The notes: a model not told the origin generated them from the letters alone. A DNA stretch of 64,000 nt from Hyaloraphidium curvatum SAG 235-1 (GCA_025558095.1 JAIVFI010000022.1:1-64000); one strand, 5' to 3'; numbered from the stretch's first letter, positions 21,424-31,639 are shown. A program made the numbers and translations.

Positions 21424-23562
21424 ATGGACCCCCCTGACACAGGGCAGGGGCCCAATGATGCGGCCGCTCCCGTGGTCCTGCCTGATGGCAAGGTCTCCCC
21501 TGCGCTCGCCGCGGCCTCCTCGGAGGCGCTTGCGAATCCCGTCCACTCTTCCCACGCTCCCGGCGTCGCTGCCTCTCCTCGCCTCCCTGGCGCGGCAGAG
21601 GAGCCCGCGCCGGCCCCCGCTGGTGCTACGGCTCAGCTGACAGGTTCTAAGGAGGACGCTGCTGAATCGACCACTGAAATCCGCCCCGCGTCCGCCAACG
21701 GCGGCGCCCGGGAGGAGCCGGCTCAGCACAATCGTCTCCCGAAAGCAACCGCCCCCGCCACGCGCCTGGGGTCTCGCTCTTTCGCCGCAGCAACGTCGCG
21801 CACCTCGCCCGACCGCCCGATTGTTCGTGTCACGGACGGCGCGATGGCGGAGCATCTGGCTTCTGCCATGCCTTTCTCGGCGCCCACCAACTACGCCAAG
21901 CTCATCGATCGGGTGCAACCGCACGCCAACGGTCGGGGCTACACGCCGGCCTTCATTGGGCCTGTCCCCCACTGCCTCATCGACCTCAACGGTGTGCCAA
22001 AGGACCGACGGCGCGTCGTCGCCGAAGCCGTGGCGAAGGCGACCTTCCCCACCACCGTCTTCACGACCGAGACGCGAGGCTACAACCCGCGTTACTCGCG
22101 ACTGGACCTCTTCTGTGTTGTTGGTGCTGTCGACGGGGCAGACGCTATCAACGCCTTGGTGGAGCAGGGGGTGCTGGAGGTCAAGTTCCCAAACGGACCG
22201 ACGCGTCGGCTGCGCATCCACCCTGTCTTCAAGGACACGCACGCCGAGCTCAAGATCGGGCCCATGATCGTCCCTGGTTCGGTGCACGAGTGCCCGGACT
22301 GGTGGGCCCGCCTCTACGCGACTTTCCAGAACCACTATGGGGCCCCTTGCCAAGTCATTGAAGCGGCTCCCATCTCGGGCACCGACAGCAACGCCTTCTG
22401 GCGGGTCACTTTCGACGTCTCGCAGTGCGGGGTTGATGCCTTCTTTGACCGCGCAGCACGCATTGGCCCACCCTCGTACTGCTTCCTTGACTCGTGGGGG
22501 ACGCTCCTCCAGCACAAGCTCCTTCGCCCAGCTGTCCGCTATGACAGTAGCAACGGACAGTGCGGCCACTGCAAGCGCACAGGCGGCCACGTCGGTGACG
22601 ATGCCACGTGCACCAACTGTGCTTACTGCCCAGACGGTCTCAACCGCATGAATCCCGGCGCCTTTGCCAGCCCGCAAGCACGCCGTGCACACGAGGCGGA
22701 CTGCATTCACAACCCGGCCAACGTACGGCTCTCTCCCCCAACGGTGGAGCCCGCCACGACCCCACGGCTGCCCCCCCTGAGGGAAGAGGTCGTTCCTCCG
22801 CATCTGGCTTCCCCCACCGCCCCTGCGGCCGACGAGTGGCTTACAGCTGGGCCGTCCGGCAAGCGCGCAGGCTCTGCGCCCCCAGCTCTTGCCCAGCCAG
22901 TGGCCAAGGCGTCCCACAACCGGTTTTCGGCACTTGGTGGTGGTAGTGCCGGTGCTTCGGTCGATTGGGGGGAGTCTGACGCCGCCGAAAAGATGGATTT
23001 CCATGGTCTTCCCATTTTGGAGCCGGCTGACAAGGATGGGGACGAGGACATGGGTGGTGCCGACCAGCTGGCCGCTGAGAACGCCATCAGCAGTGCTGCA
23101 CAGCAGGTTGCAGCCAATACCGCGCTGGAGGATCTGGAGCTTGCTGCTCCCGCAATGGAGGGCACGGAATCTGCGATGGAGGAGGATGCCACCGGCTCTG
23201 AGGCCTCGGGTGGAAACGACGCTGCCTCCGAAGCCTCTGCTGAGGGCGATGGTTCGAACTCGGAGGCACCAAGCGAAGACATGCACACGGCCGATGAGGC
23301 CGCTGGGGCATCCGCGGTTGGTGATCCTACGATGGCCCCAGGCCCCAAGCACGCAGGCAAGGGCCGTCCCGTGGAGGATGTGGCAGGGACAAACCCGGAC
23401 AAGGTTGCCAAGCCGTATCAGCAAATCGACGTCAAATCCGCCAAAGCGGAACAGAAGGCCAAGGCGGCCGCTCGCAAGCCCGGCTCCCCCCAGGCCAAGG
23501 CCACCTCCATGTCAACCGGATCCCTGCTGCCGGCTCCTGGCTCACCGTCCTTGAATGCCTAA
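21424..23562 (+). CDS. Retrotransposon ORF1 (gag-like, RRM-like region + CCHC knuckle), 712 aa
   Basis: VRYDSSNGQCGHCKRTGGHVGDDATC knuckle, further C/H ligands (CAYC..HEADC), NRFSAL motif often seen in LINE ORF1 proteins, disordered termini. Confidence 0.75.
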   Translation: MDPPDTGQGPNDAAAPVVLPDGKVSPALAAASSEALANPVHSSHAPGVAASPRLPGAAEEPAPAPAGATAQLTGSKEDAAESTTEIRPASANGGAREEPAQHNRLPKATAPATRLGSRSFAAATSRTSPDRPIVRVTDGAMAEHLASAMPFSAPTNYAKLIDRVQPHANGRGYTPAFIGPVPHCLIDLNGVPKDRRRVVAEAVAKATFPTTVFTTETRGYNPRYSRLDLFCVVGAVDGADAINALVEQGVLEVKFPNGPTRRLRIHPVFKDTHAELKIGPMIVPGSVHECPDWWARLYATFQNHYGAPCQVIEAAPISGTDSNAFWRVTFDVSQCGVDAFFDRAARIGPPSYCFLDSWGTLLQHKLLRPAVRYDSSNGQCGHCKRTGGHVGDDATCTNCAYCPDGLNRMNPGAFASPQARRAHEADCIHNPANVRLSPPTVEPATTPRLPPLREEVVPPHLASPTAPAADEWLTAGPSGKRAGSAPPALAQPVAKASHNRFSALGGGSAGASVDWGESDAAEKMDFHGLPILEPADKDGDEDMGGADQLAAENAISSAAQQVAANTALEDLELAAPAMEGTESAMEEDATGSEASGGNDAASEASAEGDGSNSEAPSEDMHTADEAAGASAVGDPTMAPGPKHAGKGRPVEDVAGTNPDKVAKPYQQIDVKSAKAEQKAKAAARKPGSPQAKATSMSTGSLLPAPGSPSLNA

Positions 23563-24406
23563 AACACCACCAAGCAAGTGGCAACGCCGAGTAGTGGGCT
23601 GCTCTTCTCGGCGCCGAGCTCGTCCGGATACCTCCCGGGCGCGGTCAGCCCCTCCATCTTTTGCTGTTTTGCAGTCTTCACCGGTACGCCAACTACCACT
23701 ATCTACAACGTCTCACCGAGTTCCGAGGCCGTTCGCGGCAGCAGGGGAGACTTCCGACATTGACCCCGCGTCCCCCGGGGCCCCTCGGCCAAATGCCGTG
23801 CCTAGCTTGGCCGAGGGTCACACTCTGCCCACGCCGCCCCGCGGCTCCTCCCGCTTGCCGGCACCAGCGGGGGGGAAAGGGGCGGCACGCTCGGAAGTAT
23901 CTCCCTCCTCGTCATCGCCGATCTTGATCGCTGATGCCCCGGCTTCGGCCGCTTCCATGCTCCCGGCGCACCCAGGCCATCCTCCGTGGGAAACCCCAGC
24001 TGCAACCGCCGTGCCGAGCTTGCAGCTGCCGCCTGCGCCGCCCCGCACAACCCCCGGCACGCCGCCGGCACCAACGGCCGGGGGGGGGCAGAGCTCCTCG
24101 GAAGTATCCACTCCGACGCGCACCTTGCCTCCTTGGTATGCTCACACGGAGCCCGGTTCGCCGGCGCACCTCGAATGGCCAGGTTCCGAGCTCCTCGATG
24201 ACGGCGGCCGTGATGCTATCGGTGACGCGTGGTCGGCGCTTGCGGCCTGGCACAGGGCGGGGGGCGACCTGACCGAGTCCCAGGAGGTTTGGATGCGGAC
24301 ACATGCGCTCGACGATTGGGATATCTCGTCGGACAAAGCACCGTCCGCGGTAGCTGATCCTGGCGGTGGGACACCGGCATCGCCGCCGCCACCGTATTCG
24401 CCATGA
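23555..24406 (+). CDS. Retrotransposon ORF2, orphan Pro/Ser-rich protein with Trp-rich C-terminal segment, 283 aa
   Basis: Fills the ORF1-ORF3 gap exactly, with an ATGCCTAA overlap on ORF1 and an ATGA overlap on ORF3. Confidence 0.55.
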   Translation: MPKTPPSKWQRRVVGCSSRRRARPDTSRARSAPPSFAVLQSSPVRQLPLSTTSHRVPRPFAAAGETSDIDPASPGAPRPNAVPSLAEGHTLPTPPRGSSRLPAPAGGKGAARSEVSPSSSSPILIADAPASAASMLPAHPGHPPWETPAATAVPSLQLPPAPPRTTPGTPPAPTAGGGQSSSEVSTPTRTLPPWYAHTEPGSPAHLEWPGSELLDDGGRDAIGDAWSALAAWHRAGGDLTESQEVWMRTHALDDWDISSDKAPSAVADPGGGTPASPPPPYSP

Positions 24407-27400
24407 GCCGCACGCCGCTCCTGCCTTACAGCTGCCACCGCTGCGCGGCAGCTTTCGCCAACATCGGAGCTCTATCTCTTCATCACCAATCTTGCATCGA
24501 CGGCGATGTGCCGATGGCGGAGGCGCCTGCTGAACCCGGCCTCCATGCGTGCCCGGTTGATGGTTGCCGCTTCCAGCCAACTCCAAACAAAAACAAACGG
24601 GACGGTCATCTTCGGGTCACACGGAGCCCGGAGCACTGGTTGGCGATGCAGCGCCTGTCTGCCGATGCGTTGCGCGCCATGGGGCTCGCGCGGTGCGGGG
24701 GTTGCCGGCGTCCCTACGCCGCAAACGCCTCTGGTGCCGGTGTTTCTGGACAGCACACCTCGTGCAACCCGGACGCAGCTAACCCGCCACTCGGCGTCTC
24801 TTTAGCTTCGCTTCCACCCGATCTCGTCGAGTTCCTCGACCGCGTGCGTGCCGAGCGGGCGGCTGCCACGGGACGCGCGGAGGGACCGGCGTCACCGGCG
24901 GCATCGTCGGCATCTCCCCGTGCTTCGCCACCCGCGCCCGCGCTGATGGCGGCCCTTGCGGCCGCCCGGGTTGCGGCCGACGCCCCGCAGGACGTCCAGG
25001 CGCAACGGGCGGCGCTGGCGGCGGCGGCGGCGGCGGCGCGTGCCGCCCCGGACGGCGGTGATCCCCCAGGCGGCGACGGCGCGCCGGGCGGCAACGCCGC
25101 GGCTGGCGGGCACGGCAACGGCGGTGATCCGGGCGACCCAGGCGACGGTGGTCCACCCGGGGGTCCCGGGCCTGATCCGCCGCCGGGCGGGGGCGCGGGG
25201 GCGCCGCCGCCGGAGCCGCTGAAGCAGCGCTACCGGACCACCACCTGGAGCACGCTCGCCTTCCGGGCCAGCGAGTCTTTCCAACGGGCCTACGAGGACC
25301 CGGCGGCACCGGAAACCGACCTGCACCGCACTCTCACCGCCTACCTTGCGTTTGGCGGCTACGTCATGTCGGGGGACTACATGTACGAGCAGAACTACTT
25401 CGCCGCCCGTCAGGTCAACCGGGGCGCGCGGCGGGACGGGCTGCGGCCGCTCAACTACCAGCTCTTCAAGGCCATCGTGCTTGCCGCCTTGAAGGGCGCT
25501 CCTGGTGCTGCGTCCGCGGCGCTCTCGGGGGAGGCCGTTCCGGCTGGCTTCACGCCCACGCTGCAGGCGGAACTGGAGGAGCTGTACCCGGGGCCGCGGG
25601 AGGGAGAGCCGCTGTGTCGGCTGTCTCTGCCCCCCAACGCGCCCGCGCCCTGCCCTGCCTACACGGACGCGGCTTTCCTGGAGGACATCTGGGCCCGGTT
25701 GCGCCGGAAGAAGGACGGCGTGGGGGCCGGCATGTCGGGTTTCAGCATGGCCAAACTTTTCATCGTGCACAACTGCGAGAACGACGCGACGCGACGGAAG
25801 CTCCGCCCGCTGGCGGCCATGGTGCACGGCGTGTGCACTGGCCGACTCGACACCCCCATGCTCCGGCCGCTCCTCACGGATCAAATCCTCGTCCCTCTGC
25901 TCAAGCCGGAGGGGGGGCTCCGGCCGATTGGCATTATGGAGGGCATCACGCGGCTCGCGGGCTCGTACCTGGCCGTGCGGCACAAGGCTCTTCTGAGGAA
26001 GCTCCAACAGCAGGAGGACCTGGGTCACGGGGTGGACGGGGGCGCGGAGGCGACCGCCCACGCGGTGAACGCGTGGCTGGCGGCCTTCCCCGACCACGTC
26101 GTCATGAAGGTCGACTCTAGGAACGCCTTCAATACGCTGCGCCGCCTCTTCGCGCGCGAGGTGGTCCGCCAGGTGCCTCAGCTTATCCCGTACTACAACC
26201 TCGTTTACTCGCGCCCTTCCCACGCCTACTTCCGCGACCGGCGCTCGGCGGAGCTCCTTTTCCGGATCACCATGTACGAGGGCAACATCCAGGGCGACCC
26301 GCTGTCGTCTGCCATCTTCTCCTGCGCCATGAGCCGCATGCTGCGGCCCATCCGCTCTGGGCACCCCGACTGCCTCATCCTTGGGTACCTCGACGACCTC
26401 ACCGTGGTCGGGCCGCTGGACTCGGTCATGGCCGTCCTGGGAGAGGTGCGTGACGGCCTTGCTTCCCTCGGCATGACCCACCGCCCGGACAAGAGCTACC
26501 TGCTTTCGCTCTCGACGAACCCGGCCGTGCTGGAGCGGGTGCGCGCGGCCGGTGCGGCCCACAACATCCGCGTCGCTGGCTTCCCGCCTCACGAGGCCGA
26601 CCCCGAGGTGCATGCCACGGCGTCGGCCCCGGGCTCGCCTGACTTCGCTCGCTCGTGCGGCCTCAAGGTGGTAGGTGCCCCGGTCGGCACCCCTGCCTAT
26701 GTGGAGTCGTTCCTCGCGGCCAAGATCGACTCCATTGCCGCTCTTCTCGATGAAATCGAGCGCGCTGCGCTCGGCTACGCCATGCCGGCCGACATCCCCT
26801 CCCTCCAGGGCCTGTACTCCCTCCTCCGTCTCTGTGTGACCCAGCTCTTCTCGTTTTGGCTCCGCATTCTCCCCCCCTCGGTTACCCAACCCTTTGCTCG
26901 ACGTCTTGACAACGCGCTTTTCACCACCTTCTTGCGCTTGCTGGGAGATCGGGCCGAGGATCTGGATCCGCTGTCGGTGGAGGGTCGGACTGTGCGGGAG
27001 CAGGTATTCTTGGGTCTGCACTACTCGGGGATGGGGCTTCTGTCATCGGAGAAGGTGGCCTCGGCGGCTTACCTGTCTTCACTCAACCTCACGGCGGGCC
27101 CCTTGGACGCCATGCTTGGTCTTCGAACCTCGGCCCGGGGTGTGGGCGTGGAGCACGTGCGGGAACTGGTTCCCGTCATCGAGGCCCTCCGCCCCGCCTT
27201 TGAGCGTGTCGAGGATGACACGGCCGCAGCGTACGCCGAGGCTGCGCGTGCTGGGCAACCGGTGGGCGCCGCGCCCGCCCGCCGTACGCTCCCTGCGGAC
27301 GCCAGTTTCTTCGCCCAGCCGGTTTGGCACGGCCTGCAGAGCGACCTTACGCGTCTCGAGGACCAGCGCCGCCTCGCGGCTCTGATTGCCTTGCAACCCA

Positions 27401-28314
27401 CCACTTCCGCTGGTCTGGAGCGCCGCAAGCGGCTCGTCCAGGCGCAGGACGGCCTGTCGGCTTTCCTGACTGCCTCTCCCGCGCTGCTTGCCAACCACAT
27501 TCGCAACAACTTTTTCCGCTTACTTGTACGCTTCCGGCTTTGCCTCCCGCTCCTGCACGAGGCCGACTACCCTGGTCTTTCCTTGCCCTGCCGGCGGGGC
27601 TGCAAGCGATCGGCCATGTCGCTGACGGGGGAGCACGCGTTCTCGGGCTGCTATGGCCGGGATCTCTTCAGTCCTGGTCACGACGACATTTGCGCGGCCA
27701 TCCGCGCGGCGCTTCGCTCCATCCCGCTCCTCCGCGTGCACCCCATGCCGCCAAACCTCCTTGCGCATGGCTACGAGACTGTCACCCCGCCCACGCCTGC
27801 GGATGCTGGCCGCCTTGGCGACGTTCTCATCACGCACCGCGAAACCCGGAAACGGTGGTTGCTCGAGATCAAGACCCTCACCTCTATGGCCCATTTGCAC
27901 ACGGGCCTGGTCTTCTCGGTCCCGGGCCACGCAGTCGAACGGCGGGTCGAGGCCGCCAGGAAGGACTACTCCCGTTTCGTCTTCAACGCCAACTTCTACC
28001 CTCTGATCGTGCTTGCTTTTGATTCGTACAGCGCTGTCTCTGCCACTTTCTCGCGCTTCTCCTCGGAGATGGGGCGCATCCAGTATCCCGGGATCGTCGG
28101 CCGCGATGGGCAGCCCGTGGACCTCGATGGCCTTTACTCTCGTTTTGTGCGGCGCTTCCGCGAACGGATCGCGGTGGCCTGGGCTCTTGGCGTCGCGGCC
28201 CAACTCCAACACTGGCTTCAGCTGTGCACCGAAGCCGCCGCTGTCAACGCTCCGGCCCCCGCGCCGGTCGCATTTGGTTTGAATGTAGATGAGGAGCTGA
28301 TTCTTGGGGCGTAG
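24403..28314 (+). CDS. Retrotransposon ORF3: N-terminal zinc fingers, RT (YLDD), CCHC, restriction-like endonuclease, 1303 aa
   Basis: CHRC..HHQSC, CPVDGC..HLR, LKPEGGLRPIGI, DSRNAFN, QGDPLS, YLDD (26386-26397), CRRGC..HAFSGC, HDDI, RLGDVLI..LLEIKT. Confidence 0.95.
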   Translation: MSRTPLLPYSCHRCAAAFANIGALSLHHQSCIDGDVPMAEAPAEPGLHACPVDGCRFQPTPNKNKRDGHLRVTRSPEHWLAMQRLSADALRAMGLARCGGCRRPYAANASGAGVSGQHTSCNPDAANPPLGVSLASLPPDLVEFLDRVRAERAAATGRAEGPASPAASSASPRASPPAPALMAALAAARVAADAPQDVQAQRAALAAAAAAARAAPDGGDPPGGDGAPGGNAAAGGHGNGGDPGDPGDGGPPGGPGPDPPPGGGAGAPPPEPLKQRYRTTTWSTLAFRASESFQRAYEDPAAPETDLHRTLTAYLAFGGYVMSGDYMYEQNYFAARQVNRGARRDGLRPLNYQLFKAIVLAALKGAPGAASAALSGEAVPAGFTPTLQAELEELYPGPREGEPLCRLSLPPNAPAPCPAYTDAAFLEDIWARLRRKKDGVGAGMSGFSMAKLFIVHNCENDATRRKLRPLAAMVHGVCTGRLDTPMLRPLLTDQILVPLLKPEGGLRPIGIMEGITRLAGSYLAVRHKALLRKLQQQEDLGHGVDGGAEATAHAVNAWLAAFPDHVVMKVDSRNAFNTLRRLFAREVVRQVPQLIPYYNLVYSRPSHAYFRDRRSAELLFRITMYEGNIQGDPLSSAIFSCAMSRMLRPIRSGHPDCLILGYLDDLTVVGPLDSVMAVLGEVRDGLASLGMTHRPDKSYLLSLSTNPAVLERVRAAGAAHNIRVAGFPPHEADPEVHATASAPGSPDFARSCGLKVVGAPVGTPAYVESFLAAKIDSIAALLDEIERAALGYAMPADIPSLQGLYSLLRLCVTQLFSFWLRILPPSVTQPFARRLDNALFTTFLRLLGDRAEDLDPLSVEGRTVREQVFLGLHYSGMGLLSSEKVASAAYLSSLNLTAGPLDAMLGLRTSARGVGVEHVRELVPVIEALRPAFERVEDDTAAAYAEAARAGQPVGAAPARRTLPADASFFAQPVWHGLQSDLTRLEDQRRLAALIALQPTTSAGLERRKRLVQAQDGLSAFLTASPALLANHIRNNFFRLLVRFRLCLPLLHEADYPGLSLPCRRGCKRSAMSLTGEHAFSGCYGRDLFSPGHDDICAAIRAALRSIPLLRVHPMPPNLLAHGYETVTPPTPADAGRLGDVLITHRETRKRWLLEIKTLTSMAHLHTGLVFSVPGHAVERRVEAARKDYSRFVFNANFYPLIVLAFDSYSAVSATFSRFSSEMGRIQYPGIVGRDGQPVDLDGLYSRFVRRFRERIAVAWALGVAAQLQHWLQLCTEAAAVNAPAPAPVAFGLNVDEELILGA

Positions 28315-28352
28315 GGGGATTGCTAAGTGTACGGTGGGATTGCTAGCTCCTC

Positions 28353-28363
28353 GCCACGTACCC
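28353..28363 (+). repeat. Putative target-site duplication, right (GCCACGTACCC)
   Basis: Begins 38 nt after the ORF3 stop; matches 21396-21406. Confidence 0.65.
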
Positions 28364-28541
28364 GCCCAGATCATCTTCTCGCGCCTCGAGCTCCTCTGGA
28401 TTCACTCGGACCGCCGATAGGAACCTTCGGAACTTCTTTCTGTGGACTTTGGCACGACCTCCGGGGAGCGGACCGCGCCAGATTGCTCCCTGCTGCGCTT
28501 GTCTCCCTCGCACAACCACCGCCCATCGAGTGCTCGCCGCT

Positions 28542-30518
28542 ATGGCCGATGCGTCCGTCGCCGCCGTTCCTCCCACTGGCGCGTCCCCTGCTGATGCCCC
28601 GGGTATCCCCTGGCGTCTGAAGAGCATGGTGCCGGGCCTGCCGTTCGCCTGGCCAAAGATTCTCAAGGACCTCTCGACGCCGCTGGTGCCCATCACGAAC
28701 GGCTTCATGGCCATGCAGAAGGACGTGCTAGACGCCTACGAGAAGGCCGTCGCCGGTGTCCCTACGGCGGGCGAGGATCTCTACGAGGCGGCGACCCGCG
28801 CTCTTCAGTCCCCGTACCTGCGCGAGGCGCTCGCGGAAGCGGAGACGCGGGAAAAGACTCGCGCCGAGATGCGGCGCGACGCCTTCATCGAGCGCGGTGC
28901 GCGCGGGGACCCCTCGCTCTACGGATCTCCGGACAGCGGGCGCGTGTACGAGGACATCGCTCGGCTAGAAAACGAGGTCTACCGGCGCTTCGTCGAGGGG
29001 GACGCGCTCAACTACATGAGGCTTACCTGCGGATCGGATGTCAAGGATCTCAACCCCGACATCCTATCGGAGCCCTCCAAGCGGCACGTCCCGCCTCGCG
29101 GACCGCGGCGCGCGGGGTTCGGGACGAGGGAGGCCGAGAACCCGCGGCTGGCCGGGCAGCAGCAGGCCCGCCCTACCTCCACCTCCGGCACACGCACTAC
29201 GAAGCCTGACTCGGAGTACCTCATGACCGTGGACGGCTGCCGGCGTTACCTCGTGGACATGAACCTACGCTGCCCCGGCGTCTTCGCGGACGCCGCGGGC
29301 CAGGCGATGCTCGCGAAAGCGCTCGAGAGCTTGGACCCGGGGCCCCGTTGCGACTGCTTCGAACGCATCCGCCAGTGCGCAGCGACGGACGCGGACGTTC
29401 ATGAGCGGCTCATCGAGGGGATCGACGAATACCTCCTCGACGCTGTTCTCAAGGGCGGGGATCGGGCGGCTCTGGACTTCAAGACCGACAGTATCATCAC
29501 CGTGGTACGGAGGCCGCAGCAGCCGGAGCTCCTTGCGGACTTGAACCGCTTCACCCCCGTCATCTACGACAATGATGGCCAGGCCTTCTCGGTCGTCTTC
29601 TCGACGTCCTTCGACCGCATGGCCGTTCGCCTCCCCCCACCATCCCCCGACGGCGTTGCGGACCCGTACGCGCCGCTGCGGGCCTACGTCAAGGCCGAGG
29701 AGGACGCCGGCCGAGCCGCCTACTTCGACATCGTCCCCGCTTACGCCTCCCAAGCTGCCCTCCTTGAGGGCTTCGGTGCGAGGTTCGAGGACATACAGGT
29801 CGTGCTTATGATGGCCCTGCACCAGGACCTCCAGACTCGCCGGCCGCGCTCTGACTGGGAAGTTCAGCCTCACATGAACGCCGGCTGGCCCGGGGTCCAT
29901 CGCGTCGGGGACATTGCTACGCTTCTTGTGGGCAACGTCGTCGCAAAGGCTGCCTTCTGGTGCTTTTGGTGGATCTACATCATCGCCCTACTTTTCGGAC
30001 TGTTGCCATTCAACCGTGTCACGGACAGCATTCAGAACATGCTGATCGGCTGGGGCGGCCGGGTGCGGAGGGCAGGGCAGCAGGTGGACCGTGAGTTTCG
30101 TTGACGACCATTCACTCCATTTGTTGAGTCGTTTCCGTCTTCAGCGGAGCTACGTTCCGGCAGCAACAGCAACAGCTATCAGCCCGATCGCCCTGGTCTT
30201 GTTGGATCCGGCACGCTTACCGGACCACCGGTAAAGTTCTATCTGTACTGCCCGGGGACCAAGCTAGGCGCGCGCCCCTGGATCGAGGGCGTGCAGCACT
30301 TCTTCACGTGCTCCGCCGGCACCCCCAACACCGTGCACGCAGCCATGGCTGAGAGCGCGCAGGTCATCCAGGCCTGGAACGTTGGTTTGCGAGTCGAATC
30401 GCTTTTCCGCTTTGGCATCGACCCGGGGAAGGCCGCGGAGATTGTGGCGAAGGCGAGGTTTGTCCGGCGGCAGCTGTTGCGCCAGGTCGTCAAGTGGCGC
30501 GGTTGGCCCCAGGATTGA
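28542..30518 (+). CDS. Orphan protein (~640 aa), intron 30091-30144
   Basis: Long high-GC3 ORF. A 54-nt GTGAGT...TTCAG intron removes the stop and joins the 30291-30518 frame. One hydrophobic stretch, FWCFWWIYIIALLFGLL. Confidence 0.7.
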
Positions 30519-30849
30519 ACCCGAATAGATCACCTAGATACGACTGCAGGCCGCGTCAGTCCCTCCGCCGCGGTCCAGATGACGATGCGCAGCAAGATGG
30601 GTGATTCACCGTTCGGAGGCTGAACGTCGGTGGAACTCGCCATTCGCGCCTTCTTCCATGCACGGAACGAGCTGAGGTGCTCAGATTGCGTAGATATGGG
30701 CACCATAATGTTGACCTTCACGTGCCGCGGGGTGCCTAACCCTCTCGTTTCGTGGCCCTCTGCCGAAGACGAGTCGCCCGGGGTTCAGGCCCGACAGCTG
30801 GTCCCTGTCGCGCACCAACAACCCACTCACACCGAACACCAACCGCGAG

Positions 30850-31401
30850 ATGCTTGCTTTGCTCCTCGCCCTCGTGCCGCTGCTGTTCGCGGTGCTAGGC
30901 GCGCGCTCGTTGCTGGAGGCCGCGCGCTCGCCGACGGAGGCCGTGCGCGCCGTCGCCCGCGGCGCGCTCATCTTCTCGATCTGCACCGCGGACGGCTTCC
31001 ACCGAGTCTGGGAGGGCCAGCGCTTAATCAACGTCGTCGCCACGCCGCTCCGCGCCCTACCATTGCCTGCCGACCAGCCCCGGGCGCGCGGCAGCCCACT
31101 TCGCACCTCGGACGCTTCCGCAACCACCCGCGCCCGAGCCCCGCCCGCCCTCGCGCCCACCAGCGCGCCGACCCTTCCTGTTGGCCGCACGTTTCCTCCC
31201 TTTCGCCGCGCCGCACAGGCCGCCCTCCCGCTGGCTTTGCAGACGACGCTTCCCCCGGCCGGCCCCGCAAGTCCGCCTTTCTCCGCCAGCCCTGCGAGCC
31301 CACCTCCCTCCGCCCCGTCGAACCACAAGGCAGTGAAAAAGAGGAAACGCGGTGTACCATGGTCGGTGCTTTGTGCTCGCGACCTACGATTTGGTCTTTA
31401 A
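30850..31401 (+). CDS. Hypothetical protein with hydrophobic N-terminus
   Basis: MLALLLALVPLLFAVLG followed by Pro/Ala-rich sequence; weak support. Confidence 0.3.
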   Translation: MLALLLALVPLLFAVLGARSLLEAARSPTEAVRAVARGALIFSICTADGFHRVWEGQRLINVVATPLRALPLPADQPRARGSPLRTSDASATTRARAPPALAPTSAPTLPVGRTFPPFRRAAQAALPLALQTTLPPAGPASPPFSASPASPPPSAPSNHKAVKKRKRGVPWSVLCARDLRFGL

Positions 31402-31639
31402 CGTCCACCATCCGTCAGCGTGCCTTGCAAGAACTCCCACAAGCGCTGCGATACTTCAGAGTTGGGGGAGGGGGAGGCGTGTCCCCGTTGCGACCGTGGG
31501 AAGCTTGAATGCATCAGGCAGAGCAAGAACAAGAAGCAGAGGACGACGACGACTGACTAGGCGACATAACGTTCGATTGATTATTGTACGCGTAAAGGTA
31601 GATACTGGATGTCGGCTAGCTTTCTCACGGCTGGTTCCG

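Larger units (their letters stand above)
21407..28352 (+). mobile_element. Full-length three-ORF RLE-type (CRE-like) non-LTR retrotransposon
   Basis: Three intact, intronless, overlapping ORFs, ending in an RT+CCHC+RLE ORF, between 11-bp direct repeats. Confidence 0.8.

Noticed and set aside
20758-23424. 888-aa antisense ORF (also 24892-27021, 50105-52396, 2664-4034, 39893-41350 overlaps)
   Set aside because: Shadow frames of real genes caused by high GC3; low-complexity Arg/Gly/Ala content and no motifs.
24403-28314. Prokaryotic RT system (retron, DGR, group II intron, defence RT)
   Set aside because: Spliceosomal-intron context, ZnF and CCHC+RLE domains and a gag-like ORF1 indicate a eukaryotic non-LTR element.
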